From an uncultured Desulfobacterales bacterium (GTDB lineage: Bacteria > Desulfobacterota > Desulfobacteria > Desulfobacterales > C00003060): 64,000 bases of DNA. Made by a program: the position numbers and the translations under genes. The stretch spans positions 1,415 through 65,414 of the forward strand of contig CAYTTQ010000005.1 in NCBI GenBank assembly GCA_964440795.1, given 5' to 3'. Of this stretch, positions 28,768 to 37,871 are shown in pieces. The first letter of the stretch is position 1, and each line of letters starts with the position of its first letter. The notes beneath the pieces were generated by a model. It made no database searches and was not told where the DNA came from. It saw only the letters and a list, made by a program, of their open reading frames with translations.

Positions 28768-29918
28768 AACTGCTCATCATTGACGATGAAAAACCGGTCC
28801 TGGAAATGTTGGAACATAGCCTGATCAGTGAAGGCTATGAAGTTCTTACGGCGCAAAGCGGTCAGGAAGGACTTGAAATCTTCGCGGAGGAGTCACCCCA
28901 AATCGTCATCACGGATATCAACATGCCCGGAATAGACGGCATAGACGTGCTCAAGCGAATCAATGAGTCCGGCAGCGAAACCGAGGTCATTGTCATTACC
29001 GGCCACGGGGACATGGATTCGGCCATACGGGCGCTTCAAAACGGGGCTTCCGATTTTATTGCCAAGCCCCTGCGTGACGAAGTGCTTATGTTGTCGCTGG
29101 AAAGAGCCAAAAAAAAGCTCACCATGGCCCAACAGCTTAGGGACTATACGGAAAATTTGGAAGATAAGGTCGAAGCCTGCAGGATCGATCTGGAAGAAGC
29201 CCAGGAGGAGCTCATTCTAAATGAACGGCTTGCCACCATCGGCGAAACAGTGGCCGGCTTGGCCCATTACATCAAAAATATCCTTACCGGTTTGCGAGGT
29301 GGCATGTACATGGTGAACGTGGGTTTGAAAAAGGACAAACCCAAAATGTTGCGCGAGGGGTGGGGAGTGGTCAGCCGAAATGTGGAACGGGTATCCGAAC
29401 TGGTTATGGACTTGTTGACATACTCCAAAGACAGAAAACCGGAGCCCACGGACTGCGATCCGAAGGAACTGGTTTCCGATGTATTAGACCTGGTAAAAGA
29501 TTACGCGGCAGATCACCAGGTCGAATTGAAAACAGAACTCGATCCCTCAATTAATCACGCCCGATTGGACAAATCGGGTATCCACCGGGTTCTTCTCAAT
29601 TTGGTCTCCAATGCCATCGACGCGTGCATTTTCGATCCCGACAACACCAAGGACTGGCAGGTTGAGGTACGAACCCGCATTGGCGACGATGACGACGACA
29701 CATTGGTTTTCGAGGTAAGCGACAACGGCGTGGGGATGACTCCGGAGATTCGAAAGAAGCTATTTTCCCGTTTTTTCAGTACCAAAGAAGGGCGGGGAAC
29801 CGGACTGGGGTTGCTGATTACCCAGAAGATTGTTGAAGAGCATGGCGGCCAAATCGAAGTTTCTTCCACCTCCGGGAAGGGAACAACTTTTTCCGTTCGC
29901 CTTAAGGCAGTTCTCTGA
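28764..29918 (+). CDS. Hybrid receiver-histidine kinase (REC-HisKA-HATPase_c)
   Basis: MKLLIIDDE..VITDINMPGIDG receiver. H-box ETVAGLAHYIKN. N/G boxes LVSNAIDA, DNGVGM, GTGLGL. Confidence 0.9.
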   Translation: MKLLIIDDEKPVLEMLEHSLISEGYEVLTAQSGQEGLEIFAEESPQIVITDINMPGIDGIDVLKRINESGSETEVIVITGHGDMDSAIRALQNGASDFIAKPLRDEVLMLSLERAKKKLTMAQQLRDYTENLEDKVEACRIDLEEAQEELILNERLATIGETVAGLAHYIKNILTGLRGGMYMVNVGLKKDKPKMLREGWGVVSRNVERVSELVMDLLTYSKDRKPEPTDCDPKELVSDVLDLVKDYAADHQVELKTELDPSINHARLDKSGIHRVLLNLVSNAIDACIFDPDNTKDWQVEVRTRIGDDDDDTLVFEVSDNGVGMTPEIRKKLFSRFFSTKEGRGTGLGLLITQKIVEEHGGQIEVSSTSGKGTTFSVRLKAVL

Positions 29919-29979
29919 TCGGCTTCAGCCCTCTTTGGATGAAAAACGGGTATATTTCATCTTGCGGAAAAAGATCCGT

Positions 29980-30465
29980 CTACATCCCCAATAGCGTGCC
30001 GATTTCCGGATGCTTGCCGATTACTTTCAAGAATTGGGCCGTTCTGCGTTCCAGACGATTTTCCAAGATCCGTGCCGCCTTCTTCATGACCATATATCCC
30101 GTTTCTCGTTCCCGACCGAGAAATGCCGTCAGTTCCTGTCCGGAAAAAACGAACACTTCACTTGGCTCCGAGCAGACCGCGTAGGAGCTATGGGGCGCAT
30201 TCGGCAAAAACAGGGCCGACCATCCAAAGGAATATCCCGGTTTGATGGCGCCTACGGAGATGATGAAGTTCGGAGCAAGCTCTGACTCCAGCAATACTTT
30301 CCCCCGCTTTAGAGAGTAGAAGTTATCGGCCTCCATGCCGGGCTCGTAAATGATCTGCCGTTCTTCCATGGATTGTTCTTCCACCAGCGGAAGCAGCCGC
30401 TCCAGAAAATCGTCCGGCAAATCTTCAAACAGAATCACTTCTTTTAAGTTTTGTACAGAAGCCAT
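29980..30465 (-). CDS. Cyclic-nucleotide-binding domain protein without a DNA-binding domain
   Basis: Start MASVQNLKEVILFEDLPDDFL. cNMP-binding beta-barrel features (YSLKRGKV.., FGWSALF). 161 aa, no HTH. Follows the last mrp-like gene. Confidence 0.8.
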   Translation of the reverse strand: MASVQNLKEVILFEDLPDDFLERLLPLVEEQSMEERQIIYEPGMEADNFYSLKRGKVLLESELAPNFIISVGAIKPGYSFGWSALFLPNAPHSSYAVCSEPSEVFVFSGQELTAFLGRERETGYMVMKKAARILENRLERRTAQFLKVIGKHPEIGTLLGM

Positions 30466-30590
30466 ATATCTTTGTCTCTCCTTCCGTACCGATCCTGAAA
30501 CCGTTTCAGCACCGTGCGCCGATCTGTCCAATCGGCTGTTAACCGAGGAGGTCTTCCTCCCATGCTCATGGCCTTTTTTCCATATCCATA

Positions 30591-32366
30591 TCACATCAAG
30601 AGGAAAACCAACACCAGAAAAATCGTGGCCACTGCCGCGCTGATGCCCACGGGCGCCGTACCCGTTTCCAGGGCCGCTCGCGTCCTGGCGATCTTGCGCT
30701 GCAACGCCTCGCCTTTTGTCCCGACGGCGGACCAGAGCGGAACCAAGGTTCCCAACGTTAAAATCTCGGGCAACCGCCTGGAAAGTCGACCCAGGACCCT
30801 AGGCACCCCCCGGGCGAAAAGGCGGTCTGACACACCGTTGATGCCGTTAAATACCTTGTCCGCTGCGTAATAGAATAGACGGCCACCCATCCGGTAAAAC
30901 CGGTCCACATCCAGGTTCACACACCGCTTCTCCGGCGGATAGACGCCCGCAAGCATCAGAAGAACAAAGGCCGCCGCCGCAAACAGAAGAAGTTGGGCCA
31001 TCCCCACTACGTGGGCGCCGGTGTAAGGGGCGAAATCCACCACCGGATAAGGCAACAGGTCATACAGCGGATAGGGATAAAGACCGATGGCAATGCACAA
31101 AAAGGCGGCGATCCCCATGGCAAAACGCATGTTGAGCGGTGCCTCTTTGGGCCGCATTCCGGAGTCGTGCCCGAAGAAGGCGAAATAGGGGACCTTGATA
31201 CCGGCGTGCTCCAGCACCCCAACGGAGGCGAACATCAACAGAAACCAGACCACCACCATGTGATGATTGCCCACCGCCGTTATGGTCATCGACTTGGTGA
31301 CGAATCCGCTCAGCAAGGGAAACCCGGATATGGATGCCGCAGCGATGATACAGCATGTCGCCGTGAAAGGCATCGTTCGGTACAGTCCGCCCAGAGCGGT
31401 GCAATTGATCTTGCCGGTTCGGTGGAGGACCGCCCCCATGGACATGAACAACAGGGCCTTGTAGATACAGTGGGCAAAGACGTGAGATACGGCACCGTTG
31501 ATGGCCATCTGTGTGCCGACGCCGATGCCGCACACCATATAACCGACCTGGTTGATCAGGCTGTAACTCAATACCCGTCGCAAGTTGTTTTCGATAACGG
31601 CAAAAAAGACCGGAAACACGGTCATGATGGCGCCTATCCAAATCAGGATTTCCGTGCCGGCAAACCCTCTGGCCAAGGTATAGACGGCTGTCTTGGTCGT
31701 ATAAACGCTCAAAAAAACCGTTCCCGTGGGAGTGGCTTCAGGATAGGCGTCAGGGAGCCACGCATGGAAAATCGGCCAAGCCGAGTTTATCCCGAAGCCC
31801 AGGAAGATCAATAGGGACGACGTCCCGTTCAACCCGATATGTCCAAATTCGATACTCCCCGTTTCTTTCAGGTGCAGCACGATTCCCGCCAAGAGCACCA
31901 GCCCGCCCACGGCGTGAACCAAAACGTAGCGATATCCCGCCCGGGTGGACTGAGTCGTCCGGCGGGACCAGATAAGAATGGCCGAACCGACGGTGAGCAT
32001 CTCCCAGAAGAGAAACAGTGAAAGGAGATCTCCTGCGAAAACGACACCCAGGGCGCTTCCCGAATAGATGAGCCCCGCCACGTGTTGCAGGTCGTCTTTG
32101 ACATGCAGGGCATAGAGTAAGGAGGTAAAAGCGATGATATGGTAGACATATCCAAAGAGGAGGCTCATCTTGTCCATTCTGCCGAAGACGATATCCTGGC
32201 CAAAGGCGGAAACGACGAAATGTGTGCCCTCGGGGATATGGATCAGGTTGAGGAAACCGATCACCGGCACAAGCAACATGAAGGCGCTTTTCCACTTGCC
32301 TTTGATCAGCGGAACCAGCAGGCCCCCGACAATGAATATGGCCGCCGGCGGTACGGTGCTAATCAT
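30591..32366 (-). CDS. Antiporter-like subunit (NuoL/MrpA/MrpD family) with a C-terminal amphipathic extension and terminal TM helix
   Basis: Proton_antipo_M-type body (LFLFWEMLTVGS..). The extra ~100-aa tail (RFYRMGGRLFYYAADKVFNG...GISAAVATIFLVLVFLL) recalls a NuoL-type lateral helix. The ATG overlaps the upstream stop (ATGATTAG). Confidence 0.85.
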   Translation of the reverse strand: MISTVPPAAIFIVGGLLVPLIKGKWKSAFMLLVPVIGFLNLIHIPEGTHFVVSAFGQDIVFGRMDKMSLLFGYVYHIIAFTSLLYALHVKDDLQHVAGLIYSGSALGVVFAGDLLSLFLFWEMLTVGSAILIWSRRTTQSTRAGYRYVLVHAVGGLVLLAGIVLHLKETGSIEFGHIGLNGTSSLLIFLGFGINSAWPIFHAWLPDAYPEATPTGTVFLSVYTTKTAVYTLARGFAGTEILIWIGAIMTVFPVFFAVIENNLRRVLSYSLINQVGYMVCGIGVGTQMAINGAVSHVFAHCIYKALLFMSMGAVLHRTGKINCTALGGLYRTMPFTATCCIIAAASISGFPLLSGFVTKSMTITAVGNHHMVVVWFLLMFASVGVLEHAGIKVPYFAFFGHDSGMRPKEAPLNMRFAMGIAAFLCIAIGLYPYPLYDLLPYPVVDFAPYTGAHVVGMAQLLLFAAAAFVLLMLAGVYPPEKRCVNLDVDRFYRMGGRLFYYAADKVFNGINGVSDRLFARGVPRVLGRLSRRLPEILTLGTLVPLWSAVGTKGEALQRKIARTRAALETGTAPVGISAAVATIFLVLVFLLM

Positions 32367-32619
32367 AGTAATCCTCTCGTCTCTCAACTATCGGCCGCAG
32401 AATGTATTTGGCCACCACCACCACGAATACGAAGGCGACAAAACCAAAAACCGCATAAAACTCGGGCCAGTTCTCCCACGGGAAATGGGCGTGCTTGTGA
32501 ATCACAAAATCGGCGATCAACAAGAGGGCGAGCACGGCCAAACAACATCCCATGATGATCTTCACGTTCCTCGGGTTGTCGAAAAAATAACCCTTTTCTT
32601 CAGATGTGTGCTGTGCCAT
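32359..32619 (-). CDS. Small two-TM membrane protein (86 aa), function unknown
   Basis: Two hydrophobic helices (IIMGCCLAVLALLLIADFVI, FYAVFGFVAFVFVVVVA). Tightly packed in the operon, with a GGGAGA RBS. Confidence 0.55.
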   Translation of the reverse strand: MAQHTSEEKGYFFDNPRNVKIIMGCCLAVLALLLIADFVIHKHAHFPWENWPEFYAVFGFVAFVFVVVVAKYILRPIVERREDYYD

Positions 32620-32639
32620 GCCCAGGTCTCCCGCTTCGC

Positions 32640-32786
32640 CTACAGGGTGGCGGCAAAGATCACCGCCAGGTATACGGCCCCGATGGCGGTTACCACAAAA
32701 AGGATCTTCTTGAAAGGCGGTACACCGTCATGCTGGAGTACCATTTTTCCTTCTATTTCATCACTTCTTTCGATCGTCATCGTCAT
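32640..32786 (-). CDS. Small single-TM protein (48 aa), function unknown
   Basis: The ATG overlaps the upstream stop (ATGA). One helix (ILFVVTAIGAVYLAVIFAATL). The longer listed ORF overlaps the mrpD-like gene and was trimmed. Confidence 0.45.
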   Translation of the reverse strand: MTMTIERSDEIEGKMVLQHDGVPPFKKILFVVTAIGAVYLAVIFAATL

Positions 32787-34264
32787 ATTCCCACAATCCG
32801 ATTCACCGTCATGGTGGCCAGCTCTAGAAAAGGCTGGGGATAAAACAACAGGGCGATGGAGATTATCGCTGTAATCACCAGCGGTACCACGCAAAAAGCC
32901 GGTGCCTCTTTTACTTTGTTCTCAAAAAGGGCGTCTTCGGGCTTACAAAAGAAGGCCTTGTAGACGATCGGCATAAAGTATGCGGCGTTCAGCAGCGAAC
33001 TGAGAAGTAACACCACCACGATGGCCCCTTGACCGGCTTCCAACGATCCCAACAGAAGATACCACTTACTCCAAAATCCCCCGCCCGGGGGAAGCCCCGT
33101 AATACTTAAGGCGGCAATAAAAAAAGCGGCCATCGTCACCGGCATTCTCCTGCCGATGCCGATCATCTCGCTGATGTTTTTCCGCCCGGTGGCCACGAAT
33201 ATCGCCCCGGCACAAAAGAAGAGGGTAATCTTCCCGAAGGCATGCATGGCGATATGGAGCATGCCCCCTGTCATCCCTTTCGGCGATAACAGGCCCACAC
33301 CGAGTACGATGTAAGACAGCTGGGCAATCGTCGAAAACGCCAAGAGCCGCTTAAGGTTATCTTGGGACAGCGCGATCAATGAACCGATGAGAATCGTCGC
33401 CGAGGCGGCCACGAGCAAAATCCAGTTCAGATTGAGGGAAAGCAACAGGTCTGTTCCGAAGACGCCCGTAACGACCCGCACTACGCTGAACACGCCGACC
33501 TTGACCACGGCTACCGCGTGCAGCAGGGCGCTGACCGGCGTAGGAGCCACCATGGCCGCAGGCAACCATGAATGGAATGGCATGATCGCCGCCTTGGCAA
33601 ACCCAAAAACCAGTAACACCAAGAGGAGGGCCATTAACCCTTTGGATCCCGTTCCCGCCAGGAACCCCTGCCGACCGAACTCGAGCGTGCCCGAAAGATC
33701 ATAGCAAATCAGCATTGCCGGCAAGACAAACCCGATGGACGTGCCCATAATGTACAACAGATACTTCCGACCGGAACGGCGGGCTTCCTCGTCTTGATGA
33801 TGGGTAACCAGGGGATAGGTAGCCAGGGAAAGCATTTCATAAAAGAGATACATGGTTAAAAGGTTGGCGGAAAAGGCGACACCGATGGTGGCGGACAGGG
33901 CAAGGGCAAAAAAGCAAAAATATCGCGTCTGACTGTGTTCGTTCTCCCCGCGCATGTATCCAATGGAATAAGCGGAAGTAATGATCCACAAAGATGAAGA
34001 AACCAGGGCAAAGAGCATTCCCAGGGAATCGACTCGAAACTGAATGGCCGCCCCCGGCAGGAACTCGGCCACGGTGTATACGATTTCCGTACCTTTTAGA
34101 ATGGTCGGAACCATCGACAACACGATCAGGAATTTTACGCCGGCGGCCGCAAAAGTCCAGGCTTCCCTCACATTCGGCGCCCTGCTCGACGCCAGGATGG
34201 GCGTCACCATCAAGGAAACCAAAACGGCGAGAAGCGGTTTTACGGATACGATGGTATCGGTCAC
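32783..34264 (-). CDS. mrpD: Antiporter-like subunit, MrpD/NuoM/N family (copy 2)
   Basis: 493 aa. LYLFYEMLSLATYPLV, HSWLPAAMVAPTPVSALLHAVAVVK motifs. The GTG start overlaps the upstream TAG. Confidence 0.88.
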   Translation of the reverse strand: MTDTIVSVKPLLAVLVSLMVTPILASSRAPNVREAWTFAAAGVKFLIVLSMVPTILKGTEIVYTVAEFLPGAAIQFRVDSLGMLFALVSSSLWIITSAYSIGYMRGENEHSQTRYFCFFALALSATIGVAFSANLLTMYLFYEMLSLATYPLVTHHQDEEARRSGRKYLLYIMGTSIGFVLPAMLICYDLSGTLEFGRQGFLAGTGSKGLMALLLVLLVFGFAKAAIMPFHSWLPAAMVAPTPVSALLHAVAVVKVGVFSVVRVVTGVFGTDLLLSLNLNWILLVAASATILIGSLIALSQDNLKRLLAFSTIAQLSYIVLGVGLLSPKGMTGGMLHIAMHAFGKITLFFCAGAIFVATGRKNISEMIGIGRRMPVTMAAFFIAALSITGLPPGGGFWSKWYLLLGSLEAGQGAIVVVLLLSSLLNAAYFMPIVYKAFFCKPEDALFENKVKEAPAFCVVPLVITAIISIALLFYPQPFLELATMTVNRIVGI

Positions 34265-35757
34265 TAGATGAGCCCCTTCGGTATGGCAATTCGAATGATG
34301 TGATCCACAATATCTCCCGTGTATAGGCCGACCAGAATGAGTCCGGCAGCTACGATCAACAGCGGAAGGACCATACTGAGCGGCGCTTCGTTCATCGGTT
34401 CGGGATGATGGTCGTGACCGTGATGGTCGGAAAAAGGCTCAAAATAGCCGATTTCGATGACCCGAAAGAAGAGCACAACACTCACCAGACTGCTGAACAG
34501 GAGCGCGACCATGAAGTGATACTGTCCGGATTGGATGGCCCCGGTAATAAGATACCATTTACTGAAGAAACCGCAGGTCGGTGGCACGCCGATAATGGAA
34601 ATGGCTCCAATGACGAATCCCCCCATGGTAAAGGGCATTTTCTTGAACAGCCCCTGGAGATTCTCGAAGTGGTGGCCCTTTTTCCGGTATACGATATTGC
34701 CTACAGCCAAAAAGACACACAGCGTCATGAGGGCATCGTTTACGATGTGCAGAATCGCCCCGGTCATTCCCGCCCGGTTTCCAAGCCAGGCACCCCCCAC
34801 CATGTACCCGACCTCGGCAACAATGATGTAGGTCAACATCTTCTTGAGACTCCGCTCCTTCAAGGCAAGGAAAGCGGCCACCACGATGGCGACGACGGCA
34901 AACCACACCACCGCCTTGCTGATGGCCAGCGTGGTGAAGGTGAAATCCGGGGTGAATACGGTCAGGATCAATCGAATCATGACATAGATCATCACCTTCG
35001 TGGCCAAAGGTGCGATGAGGCTGCTGGACGGAGAAGGTGCATGGGTATACGAATTGGGCAACCAGGCATGAAGCGGGAAAAAACCCATCTTCAACCAGAC
35101 CCCTACCATACAGATGACGAAGGCGGCCACCACGGCCTTGGACTCGTAAATGGACGGCAACCGTTCGGCGATGTCCACCATATTCAAGGACCCCGTCATG
35201 ATGTAGAGATAGCCCACGCCGAGCAGATAAAAGCAGGCCCCGATGGTTCCCATGTACAGGTAATTCAGGGTGGCCAGCGGTGCGCGGCCTTCTTCTCCCA
35301 TGGCCAGCAATCCATATCCGGTCAGTGCGGCGATTTCCAGGAGCACATAGAGGTTAAAGGCGTCCCCGGTGGCCACGATACCCAGCAATCCGGTAACCAT
35401 GAGAACGTACAGGGTGTAAAAGGCGCCTTGATTGTCGGGAAACTTCTGTTCGATGCTCTTTTTCGCCGGAATGAGGTTGGCCAGTGCCACGACCGAAACC
35501 ACCACGAGCACCAACGCATTCAGGTGATCGACATAATAAGCGATTCCCCACGGGGGGTCCCATCCCGCCAGCCGGTAAACGATGACGCCCTCGTTGATGA
35601 CCCGAAACAGGAGCCCGACGGCCGAAGCGGTGGCCGTCACCAGAGCCGCAAGTGCGATCGGAAAGCAGAGCCGCTTGTTCGCCCATCCGGCAGCGCTGAT
35701 CAGTAACGCGGACAGGAGGGGGACAACGACCACGAGTGCGGGATATTGTTGACTCAT
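34264..35757 (-). CDS. mrpD: Antiporter-like subunit, MrpD/NuoM/N family (copy 1)
   Basis: 497 aa. LYVLLEIAALTGY, HAWLPNSYTHAPSPSSSLIAPLATK motifs. ATGA overlap with mrpC. Confidence 0.88.
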   Translation of the reverse strand: MSQQYPALVVVVPLLSALLISAAGWANKRLCFPIALAALVTATASAVGLLFRVINEGVIVYRLAGWDPPWGIAYYVDHLNALVLVVVSVVALANLIPAKKSIEQKFPDNQGAFYTLYVLMVTGLLGIVATGDAFNLYVLLEIAALTGYGLLAMGEEGRAPLATLNYLYMGTIGACFYLLGVGYLYIMTGSLNMVDIAERLPSIYESKAVVAAFVICMVGVWLKMGFFPLHAWLPNSYTHAPSPSSSLIAPLATKVMIYVMIRLILTVFTPDFTFTTLAISKAVVWFAVVAIVVAAFLALKERSLKKMLTYIIVAEVGYMVGGAWLGNRAGMTGAILHIVNDALMTLCVFLAVGNIVYRKKGHHFENLQGLFKKMPFTMGGFVIGAISIIGVPPTCGFFSKWYLITGAIQSGQYHFMVALLFSSLVSVVLFFRVIEIGYFEPFSDHHGHDHHPEPMNEAPLSMVLPLLIVAAGLILVGLYTGDIVDHIIRIAIPKGLI

Positions 35758-36164
35758 TTCTTCCTTATCTGTGCCAGGATTTCATCTTCTTCGAGCGTGT
35801 TGTAGTGCTTGTACACCCGAAGGGCCAGGGCCAGCGCCACACCCAGCGTTGCCACTCCGACGACAATAGCTGTGAGCATGAGCACATGGGGCAAGGGATT
35901 CATGTAATCCGCCGCGTGGACCGCATGAGAACCGGCCCCGTGCGCCGCCGGTCCGTGACCATGTTCCAGAATCGGAATGGTGGCTCCTTTTTTGGCTCCT
36001 ATGGATACGTAAAAAAGGACGATCGCGGTCTGAAAGATATTCATGCCCAGGATCTTTTTCACCAGGTTATTTTTTGAAATGATCGCATAGAGGCCGATCA
36101 TCATCAGGGTAATGTAAATCCAGTAGTTATATTTTGCGACCACCAGTTCGAGAAAGTCGGGCAT
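35754..36164 (-). CDS. mrpC: MrpC/MnhC (NuoK-like) subunit
   Basis: NYWIYITLMMIGLYAIISKNNLVKKILGMNIFQTAIVLFYV signature. Confidence 0.85.
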   Translation of the reverse strand: MPDFLELVVAKYNYWIYITLMMIGLYAIISKNNLVKKILGMNIFQTAIVLFYVSIGAKKGATIPILEHGHGPAAHGAGSHAVHAADYMNPLPHVLMLTAIVVGVATLGVALALALRVYKHYNTLEEDEILAQIRKK

Positions 36165-36167
36165 GAT

Positions 36168-36998
36168 TTAGAGTCCCTCGTCGTATTTGCCCCTGGACGA
36201 GACATTGTTGTAAATCCAGACCATGGCCGTCGTCACCGCAATGGCCACACCGATTTCCACAATAAGGATGCCGTGAGATCGCGCCATCACGGGCCCCACC
36301 CTGAGCACCGGGGCGAGGGCACTGTAATCGAGAAAGTTGAGACCCAGCAAGAGACACAAGGCACCCGTACCCGCATACAGCAAGACTCCCATGGCACATA
36401 AGACCCCCACCACTTTTTCTCCGATTCGCCGGAGCTCCGTACGCAAATCGTGGGACATGGCCAAGACGATGATGCTCGCCCCTAAGATCACCCCGCCTTG
36501 AAACCCGCCCCCGGGGCTATGGTGACCGTGGGCGACCACGTACAGGGCGAAGATCTGGATAAAGGGAACCAAGATCCGGCATATGGTCTTGATGATGAGA
36601 TCGTGGGGAGTCCAGGAATCGTCGATCCGCTCAAAGTCATCGGAGGGCGGTATCTTTCCGCCTTCTTTGACTCGAACCGTCACCCCTGTCAGCACGTGCC
36701 TGTAGAGCCGTTCTTTGCGTTCGTCCTCTTTCAAGAACGTGCGCAAAATAAAGAAACAAGCCACGGCTGCGGAAAAGATCACCGCTGTTTCGAACATGGT
36801 ATCGAAGGTACGATAATCTGCCAGCACGGCGGTAACGATATTGGGAACGGAGGTTTCCTCCATGGTCTTTTCGATGAAATGGGGAGAAACGTGTGTGCTG
36901 GCGGGTGATTGGGGATCCCCCCAATCGGGAAAGTCCACCGCCGCATAGACCAAAAAAACGCCCGTTGTGAAAGCGATGACAAGACCTAGAAATTTCAA
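36168..36998 (-). CDS. mrpB: MnhB/MrpB-domain membrane subunit
   Basis: TTG start overlapping the upstream TGA (TTGA), with a GGAGG RBS. NIVTAVLADYRTFDT and ALYVVAHGHHSPGGGFQGG motifs typical of the MnhB domain. Confidence 0.8.
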   Translation of the reverse strand: MKFLGLVIAFTTGVFLVYAAVDFPDWGDPQSPASTHVSPHFIEKTMEETSVPNIVTAVLADYRTFDTMFETAVIFSAAVACFFILRTFLKEDERKERLYRHVLTGVTVRVKEGGKIPPSDDFERIDDSWTPHDLIIKTICRILVPFIQIFALYVVAHGHHSPGGGFQGGVILGASIIVLAMSHDLRTELRRIGEKVVGVLCAMGVLLYAGTGALCLLLGLNFLDYSALAPVLRVGPVMARSHGILIVEIGVAIAVTTAMVWIYNNVSSRGKYDEGL

Positions 36999-37240
36999 TC
37001 CTTGGTCCTCCTGGTGGTCCTGAAAACAGCCGCAACGAAGAAAACCGTGCTTACCCCGGCCCCGACCGAAGCCTCTGTAAAAGCCACATCCACCGCACCC
37101 ATGATGGTCCAAAGCAGACACATCATAAAACTGTACGAACCGAAAAGTATGGCGGCACCCAACAGATCCCTGACCATGAGCGACCCGATAGCGGCAATCA
37201 CCACCAAAGTAAGAATGGCCAAGTCAAGTTGCCAGATCAC
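36995..37240 (-). CDS. DUF4040-type small subunit (MrpA C-terminal / MbhD-like)
   Basis: 81 aa, three helices. AILFGSYSFMMCLLWTIMGAVDVAFTEASVGAG resembles DUF4040. Confidence 0.75.
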   Translation of the reverse strand: MIWQLDLAILTLVVIAAIGSLMVRDLLGAAILFGSYSFMMCLLWTIMGAVDVAFTEASVGAGVSTVFFVAAVFRTTRRTKD

Positions 37241-37243
37241 GGG

Positions 37244-37567
37244 CTACCTCCTCCTTTCCCCTTTGACCCACGGCTCCAGGCCCGCCCGGACACCGGCATC
37301 GACGATGGCGTGCGTGGCCGTAGGGCTGGCCAAGAAAACAAAAACGACGATCAAGAGAATCTTGATGCTGGTCAGCAAAGAACCCAAAGAAAAGTGATGC
37401 AGACCGAACAGGGCCAGAGCGGTCATCGACAACAGCAGACCCAGGGTATCCAGCTTTCCGGCGGGATGAAGTCTGGAATAAAAGTCCGGGAATCGCAGTA
37501 TACCGACGGCACCGCCGGTAAAAAAGAACAACCCGGCAAGTAGGAGAAAAATCACGATTACATCCAT
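37244..37567 (-). CDS. mrpG: MrpG/MnhG subunit
   Basis: GAVGILRFPDFYSRLHPAGKLDTLG signature. Confidence 0.85.
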   Translation of the reverse strand: MDVIVIFLLLAGLFFFTGGAVGILRFPDFYSRLHPAGKLDTLGLLLSMTALALFGLHHFSLGSLLTSIKILLIVVFVFLASPTATHAIVDAGVRAGLEPWVKGERRR

Positions 37568-37591
37568 TTTTGATCCCTCCGCGGCAAGGAT

Positions 37592-37870
37592 CTACGCCTC
37601 ATCGTACAATCCTTTGCGTTTCTGGAAATATCTGGAAGCCGCCAATACGGCGATGAAGTTCAACATGGCATAAGCGAGTGCAATGTCTACAAACATCTCC
37701 ACACGGTGATACATATACCCGATCAAAATCAGCAAAACAGTCGTCTTGCTTCCTATGGCGTTGACGCCGATCATCCGATCCGCCACTGTGGGACCGAAGA
37801 CCCCCCTGTAGAGGGACAAGATCATGAGAAAGGCCAGGTATAAGCCGGAAAACAAAAAGAACGTGTCCAT
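37592..37870 (-). CDS. mrpF: MrpF/MnhF subunit
   Basis: Start MDTFFLF (the listed extension was rejected). GPTVADRMIGVNAIGSKT signature. Confidence 0.8.
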   Translation of the reverse strand: MDTFFLFSGLYLAFLMILSLYRGVFGPTVADRMIGVNAIGSKTTVLLILIGYMYHRVEMFVDIALAYAMLNFIAVLAASRYFQKRKGLYDEA

Positions 37871-37871
37871 T

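Noticed and set aside
29938-29961. GATGAAA-N10-TTTCATC hairpin between the convergent kinase and cNMP genes as a terminator
   Set aside because: It has only 7 AT-rich base pairs with a 10-nt loop and no flanking T-run, which is too weak to call.
34405-35706. 433-aa ORF on the plus strand
   Set aside because: It lies entirely antisense to the strongly conserved MrpD-like gene. The product is H/G/R/D-rich and low-complexity with no recognisable motif, so it is a shadow ORF.
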